A stretch of 62,664 bases of DNA, filler included. It is 12 parts of 12 records of this genome, joined end to end, with 100 filler letters (N's around TTAATTAATTAA, not from the genome) between each part and the next. Parts side by side here need not be neighbours in the genome. Positions count along the whole stretch, not along the records: positions 45,614 to 48,923 come from SRR15195285_3351; positions 49,024 to 56,942 come from SRR15195285_3352; positions 57,043 to 62,664 come from SRR15195285_3354; 9 more parts are not named here. One strand, written 5' to 3'. The position numbers were made by a program, and so were the translations under genes. Below the pieces are notes generated by a model that was not told where the DNA came from, made no database searches, and saw only the letters and a list, made by a program, of their open reading frames with translations. Positions 46,496 to 58,924 of the stretch are shown here, piece after piece; within the stretch, counting starts at the first letter, position 1, and every line of letters starts with the position of its first letter.

Positions 46496-48923
46496 TCACC
46501 GCCCTGGCTGCGCAGCCAGCAGTTGGTCTAACGCATCGTGCCTGCGAGCTTGCTGCTCAAGGAGCCAGTCTACACTCGCATTGCCAACTTGCACGGCCGT
46601 GACCCCCCCACTTGGCGACACAAACGTCGTCTCCGAGTTCAATTCTGCACGTTGACTACTGCCATCACCGGCCTCCATAAACTGAACGAGCGCTTCTGGG
46701 GTGTTTGTACGCCAGTTGCTATTGTCTATGGTTGCCGTGCTGTCCGCTCCGAGCCACTTTCTCAACGCAGGTAAACTAGGGCCTGCTTGCACTCTATCCA
46801 TGTTCGTGCCATCGTTGCTTCCTGTGTCCAGCCATGCCACACATTCAGCCCAGACAACATGGACTTTCCAAGGTGAGACCACGTGCGATTACCAACATGG
46901 ACAGATTTCAAGCGCAAATGGATACGCTTACGCCAGCGCTGCGACAGGTTGTTTGGCCAATCATGCATTGCAGTATTTCGCAATGCGAGTTCCGTCCATA
47001 CGCCTGACGGGACTGACCGCGCCTCACGCGCTGATTTAGCAGCGAGTCTTTTGTAGTAAACGTCCAGCTGTGCCATGAACGGCGAAGGAGGCCGGTGAGC
47101 TGCTGGCCGTTGCTGCCGCTGCAGGTTCTGTAGCTGTTGCTGGTTGGGTTCAAGCGCGTTGCCCGCAGGTGTTAGATCTGCTGGCTGCAGACGCAAAACT
47201 GGAACCTGCATTTGCTCTGCAAACGCGCCTAGCCCATCGCTAGATCCAACAACGCCAGGTGAGTCGAGGTTGGAACCGAGACTAGCAACAGGCAAGACTG
47301 TCCCTGGGCGCGAATCAGCGTCGTTGACAATAGAAGACGGGGTCGAAACGATTCCACGTGCGGTAATTCCACCTGCAGCTACAGGCTCCGGCTTGGTCGA
47401 CTGGCGCGCTGAACTAAAGGTTGGCGTTAGGCCGTCTGGTGTCAGCTGAAATTGTACCCTCCCGCGGTGTGGAGGCCGCGCTCTGCTGGTGGTCGGTGGT
47501 GGCACAATGTACCTGATCACAGCGATACCATCTTGATCGACAACCATTGAGAACGCTAAATGATCAGTGCAACAGTGGCGTAGTGTGCGCACGTGATCGA
47601 AGATGCGTCAAGCTCGTCACCGATACTAGTACTCTCTGGTCGAGCCAGAGCGGCTCCTCGCGCCGCTTCCGTTCTCACTGCCATGAGCTCAGATCGCAGT
47701 GAGGCGATCTCAGCCTGCGTTGCAGCAAGTTGATGTGCAGTTGCCTCGATCCGTCTACGCTCGGTAATCTCGGCCTCCTCACGCCTTCGGCTGTGGCAGT
47801 AGCAGCAACAGAGATTCACCTTATGGATCTCGTGATTGTTTCACGCTATCGAAAATTGCATTCAACAGTATTGTCGGTACCTTTCTTCCTGACGTCTACG
47901 TGCCTCTTCTCTCCGCATCCAGTCTGCGTTTGCTTTTCGACTGGCGTTGCCGCGGTAGCGAGTCTGAATGCTTGTCGCGGCTCTGTTAAGACTACACTCG
48001 ACCAACGCATCAATACAGAACAAATGATGAGAGATCGAGACTTGTCGTGTGGCTGGCGATGCAATCGAGAAGCGTCAGAAGTGTCGCTGCGTACCGGTGG
48101 TGCATCAGACGCTGCGAGGACCGCGGGCTGCCATGCAAGCTCGCGCGCGGAGAACTTGACGCTGTACTGTGGTATGGCGATGGCTGTTGTTGCTGCCTGC
48201 GCCGCCCGCCCGCAGCACTATTGTTGTTGCCACTGCTTAGCTGCCTGGCCTCTGCCTGAGCCGTTTGCATCTGCAACGCCGAGACTCTAGCTGCCTCCTT
48301 CCTCGCCTCCTCTTGGGCTTGCTTTGCCGCCTCGGCTGCGAGCTTTGCCTCGATCTCGGCCTGCTGCCGGTTGAATCGCTCCTCTGCGCGCCTGTCCTCC
48401 TCGGCTTCTTTCGCCGCAGCTTCGGCCTTCCGGCGCTGCTTGTCTTCAATCTGCTGCTGCAGGTCCATCTCGTACTGGGTGCGGGATATGTACGCATTCG
48501 CACCAGGCGCGTCGCCGCCGCCGCCACTTTTCACCGCTGCTGGCGGTTCGGGCTGCCATCTCAGCTGCGGCTGTGGCTGCGGCTGTGGCTGTGGCGCCGG
48601 TGGATGTGAGGGGAGCATAGTGCGTTGTGGTAGATTCGGGTGACGCCTATCCCAGCCGTGCTGTGCACTGTGCTGCTCTTGCATCGCCAGCTGCTCCTCC
48701 AGCACTCGACGGGCATTCCGCTCTGCCTCGAGTGCCTCGCGAAGCGCTGACTGCTGTTCGTCTACGTCCGGCGGCATCCCACTCCGAGCATACTCTTGGC
48801 GCCGCTGGCCCGCTCGTTCCCGGTGTCGCTGCTGCTTCGCCTGATGGCGCGCGACACGACCGCCGTCGCCAGACTGTTCTGGTGGGTGCGGGCGCAGCTG
48901 CTGCTGCTGCTGCTGCTGCTGCT
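46496..48923 (-). CDS. 5'-partial coiled-coil protein with CCDC66/CSPP1-like motif and IQ motif; multi-exon
   Basis: PolyQ open frame from the contig edge; YEMDLQQQIEDKQRRKAE...EEDRRAEER. A spliced exon at about 47880-47992 encodes AATSIQTRYRGNASRK (IQ). The final exon(s) below 46496 are uncertain. Confidence 0.55.
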
Positions 48924-49023
48924 NNNNNNNNNNNNNNNNNNNNNNNNNNNNNNNNNNNNNNNNNNNNTTAATTAATTAANNNNNNNNNNNNNNNNNNNNN
49001 NNNNNNNNNNNNNNNNNNNNNNN
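48924..49023. other. Artificial contig spacer
   Basis: N44-TTAATTAATTAA-N44. Confidence 0.99.
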
Positions 49024-49134
49024 CTCCCCATTCATCTGATGTCAGGAGCCATACACGTATATTAGAATATGAATGGTGATTTTGGGTCACGCCGGTAGGC
49101 GCGTAACTCCATTCACGGTGGCATTCGAGGACGG

Positions 49135-52100
49135 ATGGCACCCTCCTCCTCCTCGCCGCTCTCCTCCAGCGGGCTGATGGGAGAGCCGTCCAGGGAGGTG
49201 GCGAGGCTGCATCGCACGGCGGCACGCGCGGCGTGGGTCCCGGGTGCGCGCCCGGGTGAACGCGTGATCTTTGACCCGGACGCAGGCAGCGCATGGAGCA
49301 GCGACAGCGCGCCGCAGCTGTATCGTGAGTTTAGCAGCTTGTTTGGTTGGCAGTTCGCGTATCGGTTGTTTAACGAGCGCTCGAACGGTGGGGCTGCGCG
49401 TGTGCAGCGGTGTGGTCTACTACCGGCGCGGAACTCGGGGAGATCGGAGGCGAAGGGCTGCGGCTGTACTTCACCCTGATTAAGGGCCTTTGCCTGCTCT
49501 GGCTGACGATGGCCTCGATCATGTGCGGCTCGCTGGTGCTCAATGCCGGCGGCGAGATGTACAAGCTGGAGGCGAGCTCGCACTTCTCCGACCTGTATTT
49601 CTTGGAGACGGCCACCGTGTCATTCCCCGGGAGCACGCCACCCGCCGACAGGCAGGCCTGGCGATCGCTCCGCGCTGCGACTACCCTCGGCGCTATAACT
49701 CGCTCGCGGTCGACCATCATGCCGGAAATCAAACTGGTTGGAGACATGCTCAAGAAGTGCTGGGGGGTGGGGCCGATTCCATCTACGTACGTGGGTCCTA
49801 GTCCCTCTACGGAGAAAGGTTCGCTGTGTGACTGCATCCCCGGCTTTGTGCCGCATTCAGATGATGTAGGAGACTTGGTAGCTAAGTGTGCGCTTGAACC
49901 CAGCCACCCGCTGTGCAGCAGCATATCAACCGAAACCTGCTCGGCCACCACTAGCGGCAATGATGCTGGGAGGCGAAGGCGTTTGCCTGACAACTCTTGC
50001 GACTGGTCCGACGACGGCTTCTGCGACGAGGACGACGGCAACTGTGACACCGGAACAGATTGCAACGACTGCGACAGCTGTGACGGGGTTGAAGACTGGG
50101 ACGCCGGCGAGGCAGGCGACGAAGACTGGGACACCGGCGAGGCAGGCGACGAGAGCAGCGAGTTTGCGTGCGGTGGTACCGGCGACTGCCCCTCTGCACA
50201 CAAAGTTGCACCAAACTGTGATTGCCAGGAACACAGTTTTCAAGCAACAGCATATAGCGGCGGCGGACTGAAGGAAGGCTCCAAGTGCCTGGACCAGGTC
50301 AACACAACTGAGCGGACGCTACTCTTGTACAGCGTGTTCGATACGGTTGGCGTCATCTTGTTCATCGTAGGTAGCGTGCTGCTGCACCACCGAATGGCCG
50401 CAGAGCGAGCAGAGACGAACGCTGCTGGTTTTACCATGAGCGACTATAGTGTACTGCTTGAGCCATCAGAGAATTGGACGCTGGGGGGCGAGCAGACTCC
50501 GGACTCTCCAGATGAGTTTATCAGGCAGCTAGTGGAACACTTGGGCGCCTCGAAGTGGCCAGTGGCCATGCAGAAGGACGGGTCGCCGTGCATCTGGCCG
50601 GTGTACGCGGACAGTCAATGTATCAGTCACTGGGCGGCAAAGGCAAAATTGATCCACGGACTTGTGGAACAACTCGCCGCAGCGACACAAGCGGTGCCCA
50701 ACGAGGCTTCTGCTGAGCAGGCTAGGTATCCGAAAGTCGAGAAAGCACTGGAGAAGTTGCGAAAGCTCAATATCAACGCAAAGGAGCGGAACGTGGCAGA
50801 TGGCTTAAATGTACGTGCAAACGTGGTGGAAGCAGCAATTGTCTCTCTGCGGAGCGAAGCGGATCGACGCAGACTTACTGCTGGTGATCAGACGATCGAT
50901 TTTTGTGGGCAGCAGGGCATTAGGATCATCCAAGCGCCTGAGCCAAGTGCACTGAGCTTCGGAAATTTTGAGCTTTCGCCGAGGCAGCGGGCGTTGCGGG
51001 TGCGGCTGTCGTCGCTGCTGCAGGTGGCAATCTTGGGAGTGGTGATGATCTTGCTGCAGGCCTTGTACTCGTCGGTCCCAGCGGTCGAGCTGCCTTGCGA
51101 TCAGATGACATTTGCGGGTAATGGCGGTCCTTGGAGAGGTGGTGGACAAGATACTATGCTGTCCGACCTGGGTAGCCACAAAAAGGCGTGGGCAGATAAC
51201 CCACAATTCTGTACGCAGGGCGAGTGCGAGTTCATGGGAGGCTCATGGAATTCGGGATCGGGGATCGGGGACAGTGTTGGGCAGTGCTATGATGATCTCG
51301 ATGCAAGTAAGCGTGGAGTATGCGATGGAACGACTGCTGACACGCTTCACTACGATGCTAACACGAACCAACCAAGTCTTCCGAGTGCCGTTTCCGAGTT
51401 TTACAGACTAAGATGGCAGCTTGTCAAGGCGGCTCAGACTATCGCGGCGTACCCATCCCTCGAGACAGAGGGTCACAACCTGCCGGTGTGCGACGAGTCC
51501 GAGTTTTCAACCACACTGACTGTGGCTGGCAAATCCGATCTAGTCAAGAGCGATATTCCATGGGCGCAAGCAAGCAGCAAAGGCTGCCATCGGAAATACG
51601 ACGAAGAATACCCGCGGTTCAACCCTGCGGTCAGGCTCCCTCTCGGCTCCTCACTGGACGCCAGCTGCTACCACTGCATCTGCGAGTGCTACACGTCCAA
51701 CAAAGTCATTGTGAAAGACGGCCTCGAAGGCGTGAAGCTGGCTTGGCCAACGTGCCCGACTATGTCAGGGGCGGAAACAAACACTGAGCAGAGTGCAGCG
51801 GGACGACGACGTCTCCAACAGGACGGTGCTGCTGGAGATGGCACTGGAGACGATTTTGCAAATCCGCCTGCACCTCCCCTCGCAGACGATTTCATGATGT
51901 CGTACCCACAGGGTGCGGAGGCACGAGGAATGGCCCCGGGGTACTGCGATGAGTATGTTGACTGGAAGGCGGGCGTGAATCGAAGAAAGACGATGCGCAG
52001 CCTGGCCGTCACTGTCGTCAATCAGCTCGCGGCAATCGGATGGAAGCAGCTGATCAAGTTTGAGAAGCGGGTCTCGCTCGGCGAGCAGCACGCGTCGCTG

Positions 52101-53174
52101 GCGCGGAAGGTCTTCGTGTTTCAGTTCCTCAACACCGTGGGTCTGACCATCCTGCTTAACTCCAAGTTTGCCGACCCTGGCTTGCCTGTAGTAGGCGACG
52201 GCAAGTGGTACTACACAGTGGGTGCCGATCTGATTCAGGTCATGATATTGAACGTCGCAGTCCCACCAGCGGTCCACGTTCTCAAGTTCGTCGCTCAGCG
52301 CGTACTGCAATCGTTGGCGAAAGCACAAACGCAGACTGTGTTGAACAAAAGGTTCGAGCCGCCGGCATGGAACTTGGCCGCCAGTTTAGGCGAGGTCCTT
52401 TTCATATCGTGGACTACGTTGACCTTGTCGACAGGCATGCCGATCATGCTCTGGATAGGTGCATTCGGCCTCGGGCTGAAGTACTGGGTGGAAAAGTGGG
52501 CGGTGCTTCGGGCATACGCCAAGCCTCCAATGTATAGCACCGACGTGTTCGGCAGCCTGCCGACTCACCTTTACTTGATGGCAGTCGTGCACCTGATGTC
52601 AGCGTGCTACTTACTCAAAGTCTCCGGCGGTGTGACGCCCGAAAGCGACGAGGGTAGCCTGAACCTCAAAACTCCAGTCAAAGCGGTTGAGCTGGTTTCG
52701 GGCGGTACGATCGTTGCTGAAGGCGTCTGGCGGGGCGGCTACGGCCAAGCGCACGTGATGCTGCCTCTATTGTTGCTAATATGTTTGGTCGGCGCTGGTG
52801 TCGGGATGGCGGTGCGCGCCGTCGTCCAACAATGCTCCAACACCCATAAGACGAAGGTGGTCGAGGAGACAACTGCTGGCAACAAGGAGGTCTCGGTGGT
52901 GCCGCACATGGCAACTGAAACAGGAGAAAATGGAGCCGACGAGGATGATGGCGACGATGGCATGGCCCCTGAGTTTGCGGTAGCCATGTGTCAAGGACTC
53001 ATTATTAACTCGCACGACAACTACGAGATACAAGACCAGGTCGAGCTCACCTTACTACAAGAAGAGGTTCACACGATGTTCACTAGCGATGAGACCGTCA
53101 GGGCAAAGTTTGGAGATGGACTAGTCAAGTCAATTCTCTTGGAGGTGGGCAAGTCGGGCAAGTCGGTCCCCTAG
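49135..53174 (+). CDS. OSCA/TMEM63 (CSC1)/TMC-superfamily ion-channel-like protein with Cys-rich insertions; 2 exons
   Basis: Intron 49325-49407 joins ATG 49135 to ORF 49410-53174. Motifs GEGLRLYFTLIK, TMSDYSVL, QAPEPSALSFGN, KVFVFQFLNT, WYYTVGADL, QTVLNKRFEPP, STGMP and YWVEKWAVLRAYAKPPMY; about 10 hydrophobic helices. Confidence 0.8.
50091..50152 (+). repeat. 30-bp coding tandem duplication (EDWD[A/T]GEAGD x2)
   Basis: gaagactgggacgccggcgaggcaggcgac / gaagactgggacaccggcgaggcaggcgac, one mismatch. Confidence 0.95.
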
Positions 53175-53745
53175 TTACTCCAGAATCGGGTTGTATGAGA
53201 GAGTGTGATGGGGATTGAGCGATTTGATCCTTGTCGTCTGGCTACATGTAGTGGTGGCGGAGACAACGCCGCCTGCGTGGAAGACTCGAACACTGGCAGG
53301 TTAGAGAAAGTGAATTGCGCGCAAAATACGTCATGCAACAATTGATGATATTTTGTGCATGTAGTGTACTCGAGACATAAACATGTTGCCGTGCACCCGC
53401 CTCAATTTCGGTCGAGCCCTTGGCGTACATGTACGATACCGAGTGCGCGCTGACTTTACCGGGAAGTATAGCACCACCGGCGTCTCACTCTGAGATGACA
53501 CCGTCTCGGACTAGTCGACGCCAGGGACAGGTTCGCTAACAGGTAACACGAATCGAACGAACCGCGTGTTTTTGAAGTCTCAAGTCTGGATCTTACATGG
53601 AAAAACACATTCTGTTCCCTGGGTGGCCCCGTACAATCACATGTACAATCAGGATCCTCATGATCGATGGTCCCCAAGACCCCAACGCCCAACGCCATCA
53701 GGTCGATTCTCAGACAGACAGAATACCGACCCCCACGCTGTGGCG

Positions 53746-56700
53746 ATGGTCCGCTGCTCCCTCCTGCTCGCGGCCTTGGCGCTCTCCTCGCTCCTCGGGG
53801 ACGGGCTTTCGCAGCTCACGGACCCCTTTGACACGGACCTCTGCCCGTGGGATGACTTCATGACACGGGCGAATGAGGTGGACAGCGCGTGCTGTGGCGA
53901 TCCGGACGCAGGTACGGTCGAAATGCCTCCGTCTCCTCGGGGGGTGGGGGGTGGGGAGGGGACACACACATATTGTGGTGGGCGTGCAAGTGTGGTCCGT
54001 AGGTCCGCTGGACAGCGCCATATTGGGATAGCCTGTAGTTGAAGAGCGTTCAGCTGAGTTCAATTGTCTCCAGAAGCTCATCTGAAGGTGCTTGTGCGCG
54101 CAGGGTGTCCGCCCGGCGGGGGGTTCCCGACGGCGTGCAGCGCGCCCTGCGCGCTCACCTTCATTCCGTTTGCTGATCAGTGTCGTGATTTGATCGGCAA
54201 CCTGATGCCGGCGCAGCAGCCGGCCATCGATTCGCTGTCCGACCGCTGCATCACGGGCAACAACGAGGACCTCCTCCGAATGGTCCGGGACCTCCAGGAT
54301 GAGCACTGCTGCGTTGATACATCGATGATCGTCCCCGCAGACATGACCTTCGGCGACGTGGAGTACGAGCGCGACTGGGTGGTGAGTTGACAACCAACCA
54401 GGCGCTTGGCGTCTCGTACAACAGTGCCTGTGCGCCCTGAACGTCATTGCCTGTCGGTCTGTGCAGCTGATATTCAAGCATGATATCGATGGAGGCTACT
54501 TCCGCGACCGCGCGGATGCGCTCAGCAAGAATCCAGATGACCCGAGCGCGCCCTTATACAGTCGGCTGGACACGCTGGAGAGCTACAGGAACGAGGATAA
54601 CCAGTTCGCGTTTAAGATGGTGTGGCCAGAGCTTTCGCCTGTAAACAGTAACACGTGGCTCCAAGAGAGCAACCCGTTCGTCGACGGCGCTTCTCCACGT
54701 GCACAAGGTTATATGCCCATCCGTCTGCATTTCAGTGGAGACTATGACGAGGCAGAGGACGGAACTGGCCCACAGCTCTTCGAGGGCCTGCTGCCAGCAG
54801 AAGGGGAGCCAGCAGCAGCCGATTTAGATGCTGGGCATTGCTGGTGGGGAGCTCTTGGAGCCACCCAATCGCACGCATGTGGCATTCCAGGGCCCGTTTG
54901 CAACCCTGGTTCTGACAGGCACTGCGACGTGGTTACTGGTGCGTGTGGAGAGCAACAAGGTGCATCTTCATGCTTCGCGGACTATTCCAAGAGTTTCAAC
55001 GTGCGCAAGGTTGAACTCTGGGTGGCGGCTCCTCCACCAGCGCCGGCATTTTTTCAAATCAGCTACGCGGGCACTCAGGGATGTGGAGGCGCCAACGTGC
55101 AGGCAGGGATGTGGTGTGCGAGCATCGACCCTCAGGCTCTCGGGGACGCCTCGAGCGACCTGAAAATGCACGCGTGCGATGTCAACGATCCACGGCAGGG
55201 CTTCTCGTACGACGAGCGCACAATGCTTCTGCAGGTCCAAGCTGACCCGACGATGTGTCTCCATTTCGGCCACTCCAGCGCGCACGGTGGTTGTGAACCG
55301 TACACGTTGGCTGCTTGCGATTCGAACGATGAGTCACAGCTGTTCGTGCTAGAAGAACTGCCGAATGCCGACCCTGCAGTTTTCCAATGGCACAGCGTGG
55401 CGCAAAGCCAAGAGGTTGGCGAGGTCGCAATCGATCTGAATGGATGTTCACCTTCTGAAGGTCAATATATCTGGGCCTGCACTGCTAATGGAAACGACGC
55501 AAAACATTGGCAGATGAGATCGATGCACGTAGAATCAGAGTCAGACTGGGTAGGTGGCGCACACAGTCTCTTTCACAGTGCTGACACTATGTCCCACGGG
55601 ACAGCAGAGGCGTGGTGCGTTGAGAAAGGTGGGCGTCTGGCGGTCCTTGACAGTGCCATGAAGGAAGGTGCGGCTCAGGAAGTTCTGCTGGACACGGAAG
55701 CATGGATTGCCGCATACTGTCCTGCGGAAAATGAAGCTTGTGGCGCGAATCCACCGCGTGACGCTAGTGACGCTTGGTTCTGGTACGATGAGGTTGGTCG
55801 GCAAATACATTCCGTTGCTGAGGGATACGTGGCATGGAACGGTGAGGCAGGAGCCAAGGCTGTAGAAGGCAAGACACAATTTTGTGCTTATCATGTTGCA
55901 GGACGTGAAGGCTCATGGGAAAGTGAGGCCTGCGACTCGGACGACAAGGTGGCGCTATGCGAGTGGCCCGCAGACGGAGTACCTGGGGCAGGTGGAAATG
56001 CTCCTGCACTGTCCACAATGACAATCGTCCAAGCAACTTACGGCGGCAACTGCAACGGTTATGGAGTCCAGCCAGGGAACGAAAACCAACATCTACAAGA
56101 TGAGTGTAACGGCCTGGAGTCTTGTTCCTATCATATTGACCATCGGGTCATCGGGGACCCTGCCGGCGGATGCCCCAAAGACTATGTCGTGGTGTACGAT
56201 TGCGGCTGCGGAGAGCAGCAGGCTCAAATAGGCGGGGCCGACGATCCCAACGGCCATGAAGCGAGTGGACAGACCATCACTTTCGACTGCTCAAGCTGTA
56301 CAGCATCCGCAGTTACAGGTCCGTACTGCTCAGTCAGTGTGTTCCAGCACGGCGATCATCAGGGATGGGAAGCTGTCTTCACAGATGGTGACTATGACGG
56401 TACAGCCTTCCAGGCAGGTGGAGCCAGGGACAACGACGCTAGCTCTATCACTGTCCATGGTGCAGGCTGTGTCGCAGTGTGCTATGAAGAGCCTGACCTC
56501 GGGCTTTCAGGCGGCTGGGAGGCCACATTCACGGAGGGTGACTACCTGATAGGGGACTTTGTGGCAGCCGGTGCAGGGAACGATCAGTTCAGTAGCATGC
56601 GAGTGTTTAAAGTTGACAATTGTGTGCCACCTGCGTCAACGACTTGGAAGGTGACAGTGTCTTCCGTAGTTGGGGGTGGCGACCAGGTCCAACTGACGGA

Positions 56701-56942
56701 GCTGGCTTTATTGGATGGCGCAACTCAGCTTGGTGTCGGTAGAGCTGCTCCGGATGTTTCTCCTGCCATCACAAATCTGCTCGACCGGCCTGAACACGAA
56801 CCTGGCCATCTCAACAACGGCGACCCGGCCTCTATTGACCAAATGAACTGCAACCCGCTGCCGTGCTCCTACACTTACACGTTTCCACTGGCGAAGTCTG
56901 TGACTGCTGTTCGCATGGCGCATGCAGACTCGCCAGGCCGTT
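53746..56942 (+). CDS. Secreted multi-domain lectin (fibrinogen-C-like, ricin-B, C-type lectin, SUEL, beta/gamma-crystallin-like, F5/8-like), 3'-partial; at least 3 exons
   Basis: Signal peptide MVRCSLLLAALALSSLLG. Introns 53912-54103 and 54382-54466. Segments WVLIFKHD...LYSRLDTLESYR; CLHFG...LAACDSNDESQLF; AEAWCVEKGGRLAV...W...C...ALCE; IVQATYGGNC...CNGLESCSY...GDPAGGCPKD; two VFQH/NDASS-type repeats. Open to the contig end. Confidence 0.8.
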
Positions 56943-57042
56943 NNNNNNNNNNNNNNNNNNNNNNNNNNNNNNNNNNNNNNNNNNNNTTAATTAATTAANN
57001 NNNNNNNNNNNNNNNNNNNNNNNNNNNNNNNNNNNNNNNNNN
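56943..57042. other. Artificial contig spacer
   Basis: N44-TTAATTAATTAA-N44. Confidence 0.99.
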
Positions 57043-57044
57043 AG

Positions 57045-58922
57045 CAGCAGCAGCAGCAGCAGCGGCGGCGGCCTTGGACGGTGATGCTGGGAACACTTCG
57101 TCCATGGAACTGCTCGCCAAAGAACAATGTCATCATCTGTGGACCTCAAGAGCTTCTTGTGCTTTCGCATAATGAGTCTAGTGCTAGCAGCAACAATTGT
57201 GCCGATGGTGCGACCTTCCTATCTCAGATGGCAAGCCTAGTTTCCGCATTGCCGACAGATTCACTTCGTGTACGGTCCATTTCGAACAACCCTCGAGGGA
57301 AAAACGGTTCGAAAGATCCAGGTGGTGGTGGTTCAGCGACAAACTTAGTAGAGGATGGAGCTCCTTTAGTGACCAGGCCAGCAGTGGCCGGTACAGCAGC
57401 ACCATCTTCGTCACCGCCACGCGCGGCTGCTGCCGTGGATTGGTATCCATCGCTTGGACAACGGGTCTGGGTAGAGCCAAATCGCACCACCACGACTGAC
57501 ATTGTGCAGTGGTCAAGTGCCTCGGAAGTCGTACGGTGGGCTGGCGTGATCGTCGCGTGTCGTGGAACAGAGTGGCAGGTAGCCCCGGAACCTGCTTTTG
57601 ACACTCCTGCTGCCGGGGAGACGGGTGTGGTGGGTGGAAGCTGGTGGGCGAAATTCCGGCTGGAGTCTCGTTGGCGGGACCGTGATGTACAGGACACAGC
57701 AGAGGCGCTCAGCAAGTCCCTTGGCGGTCTGCGGATGGCACGAAAGCTACCTTGGGAAACTGGCAACGAGGAGCACCACAAATATTCGCAGCACCAACAG
57801 GATCGAGAGCAGGAAGAACAGGTGCGTCTATCGGAGTGGATGCACTGGACACAGTTGTCCCCGCGCCGACGGCAATCCAGTGACAAGGTTGATACGTATG
57901 GAGGCGCTGTTGCTGAGGGTGAGAGCAGCAAATGGCTCGTTGTGGAGGGTTGCAATGGCACTGGTAGCGACGGCTACTGCAACGAAATGGAAGCGCTCAG
58001 GCAGTCTGGACTTTTAGGCTGCTGTATCGTCCCACAGATAGAGACAGATGGAAGTAGAATCGAACAAGGAGAGCTTGGTCTGGCGGTCGAGAGCGGTGGA
58101 CCGTTAGGACAGATGCGTTATGCAACTGGCACTCGGTCTTCGTTTGAGAGTGTCAATGTCTGTGAAGTAGATGATGGACACATAAGAGCTGACAAGATAG
58201 AAACACAAGATGGTTCTGATGGAGAAACTGTTTGGAAATTGGATGACGACACGGACGGCATATCTGCAAGTCTTGCAGATACACCGGGGCACGGACAGCC
58301 TGGCAAACGTTGGGTCGGGTTGATGAATTTAGCAGGCAATGGCGACCAGCAGAGCAATGCACAAGCATCACTCGCGCCAGTCTTCCACGCTCTTCTTGCC
58401 GAGCTCCAGCAGCCACCAGTGCTACCGACACTGCGTCGGAACCTCGAGACGCTGTCGTTCTACTTCTGCCCAGGCAGCAACAGTCAGAGCAGCCAACTAG
58501 TACTGGTGTTTGGATACCGCGACCGTGGCCGTGGCCGAGCCCAACGGATCAATGCTGTAGTTTCACCACCGCAGAATTCAACGACGATGCACGCGGTAAG
58601 CGACACTGCATACCACAGCATGCACTCGCCTGGCGCTCTACCGAACCTGTTTCCTTCTTCAACACCGCGAAGTTGGACTGAAAGTTGTTGACAGAAGGAA
58701 CAGAGCTGTGTGCTGACAAATAACCTGATCTTTGTGCTGTGACTTGTACCTCAGATGCTAGCATTGGAGAATCGACTCGCGGCGTTGGCGAAGACATATC
58801 AGAAGGATGACGGCACAAGAGGAATGCGGATCAGGGTCGGTGTTCGAATGGGAAGGTCGCAGAAAAATGGGACAAGCAGCCGAAATAACGGTGGTGGGTC
58901 GGTCTCATTTGTCCGGCCGTAG
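57045..58922 (+). CDS. Hypothetical protein, 5'-partial; 2 exons
   Basis: PolyQ frame open from the contig edge into ORF 57081-58691. Predicted intron 58596-58754 (GCG|GTAAGC...CTGAC...CCTCAG|) adds a 55-aa last exon ending TAG at 58922. No family recognised. Confidence 0.55.
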
Positions 58923-58924
58923 GT

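Noticed and set aside
6965-57042. Eleven identical TTAATTAATTAA elements flanked by Ns, superficially a dispersed repeat or CRISPR-like array
   Set aside because: The exact 44N-12-44N format with stops in all frames identifies an artificial concatenation linker, not biology.
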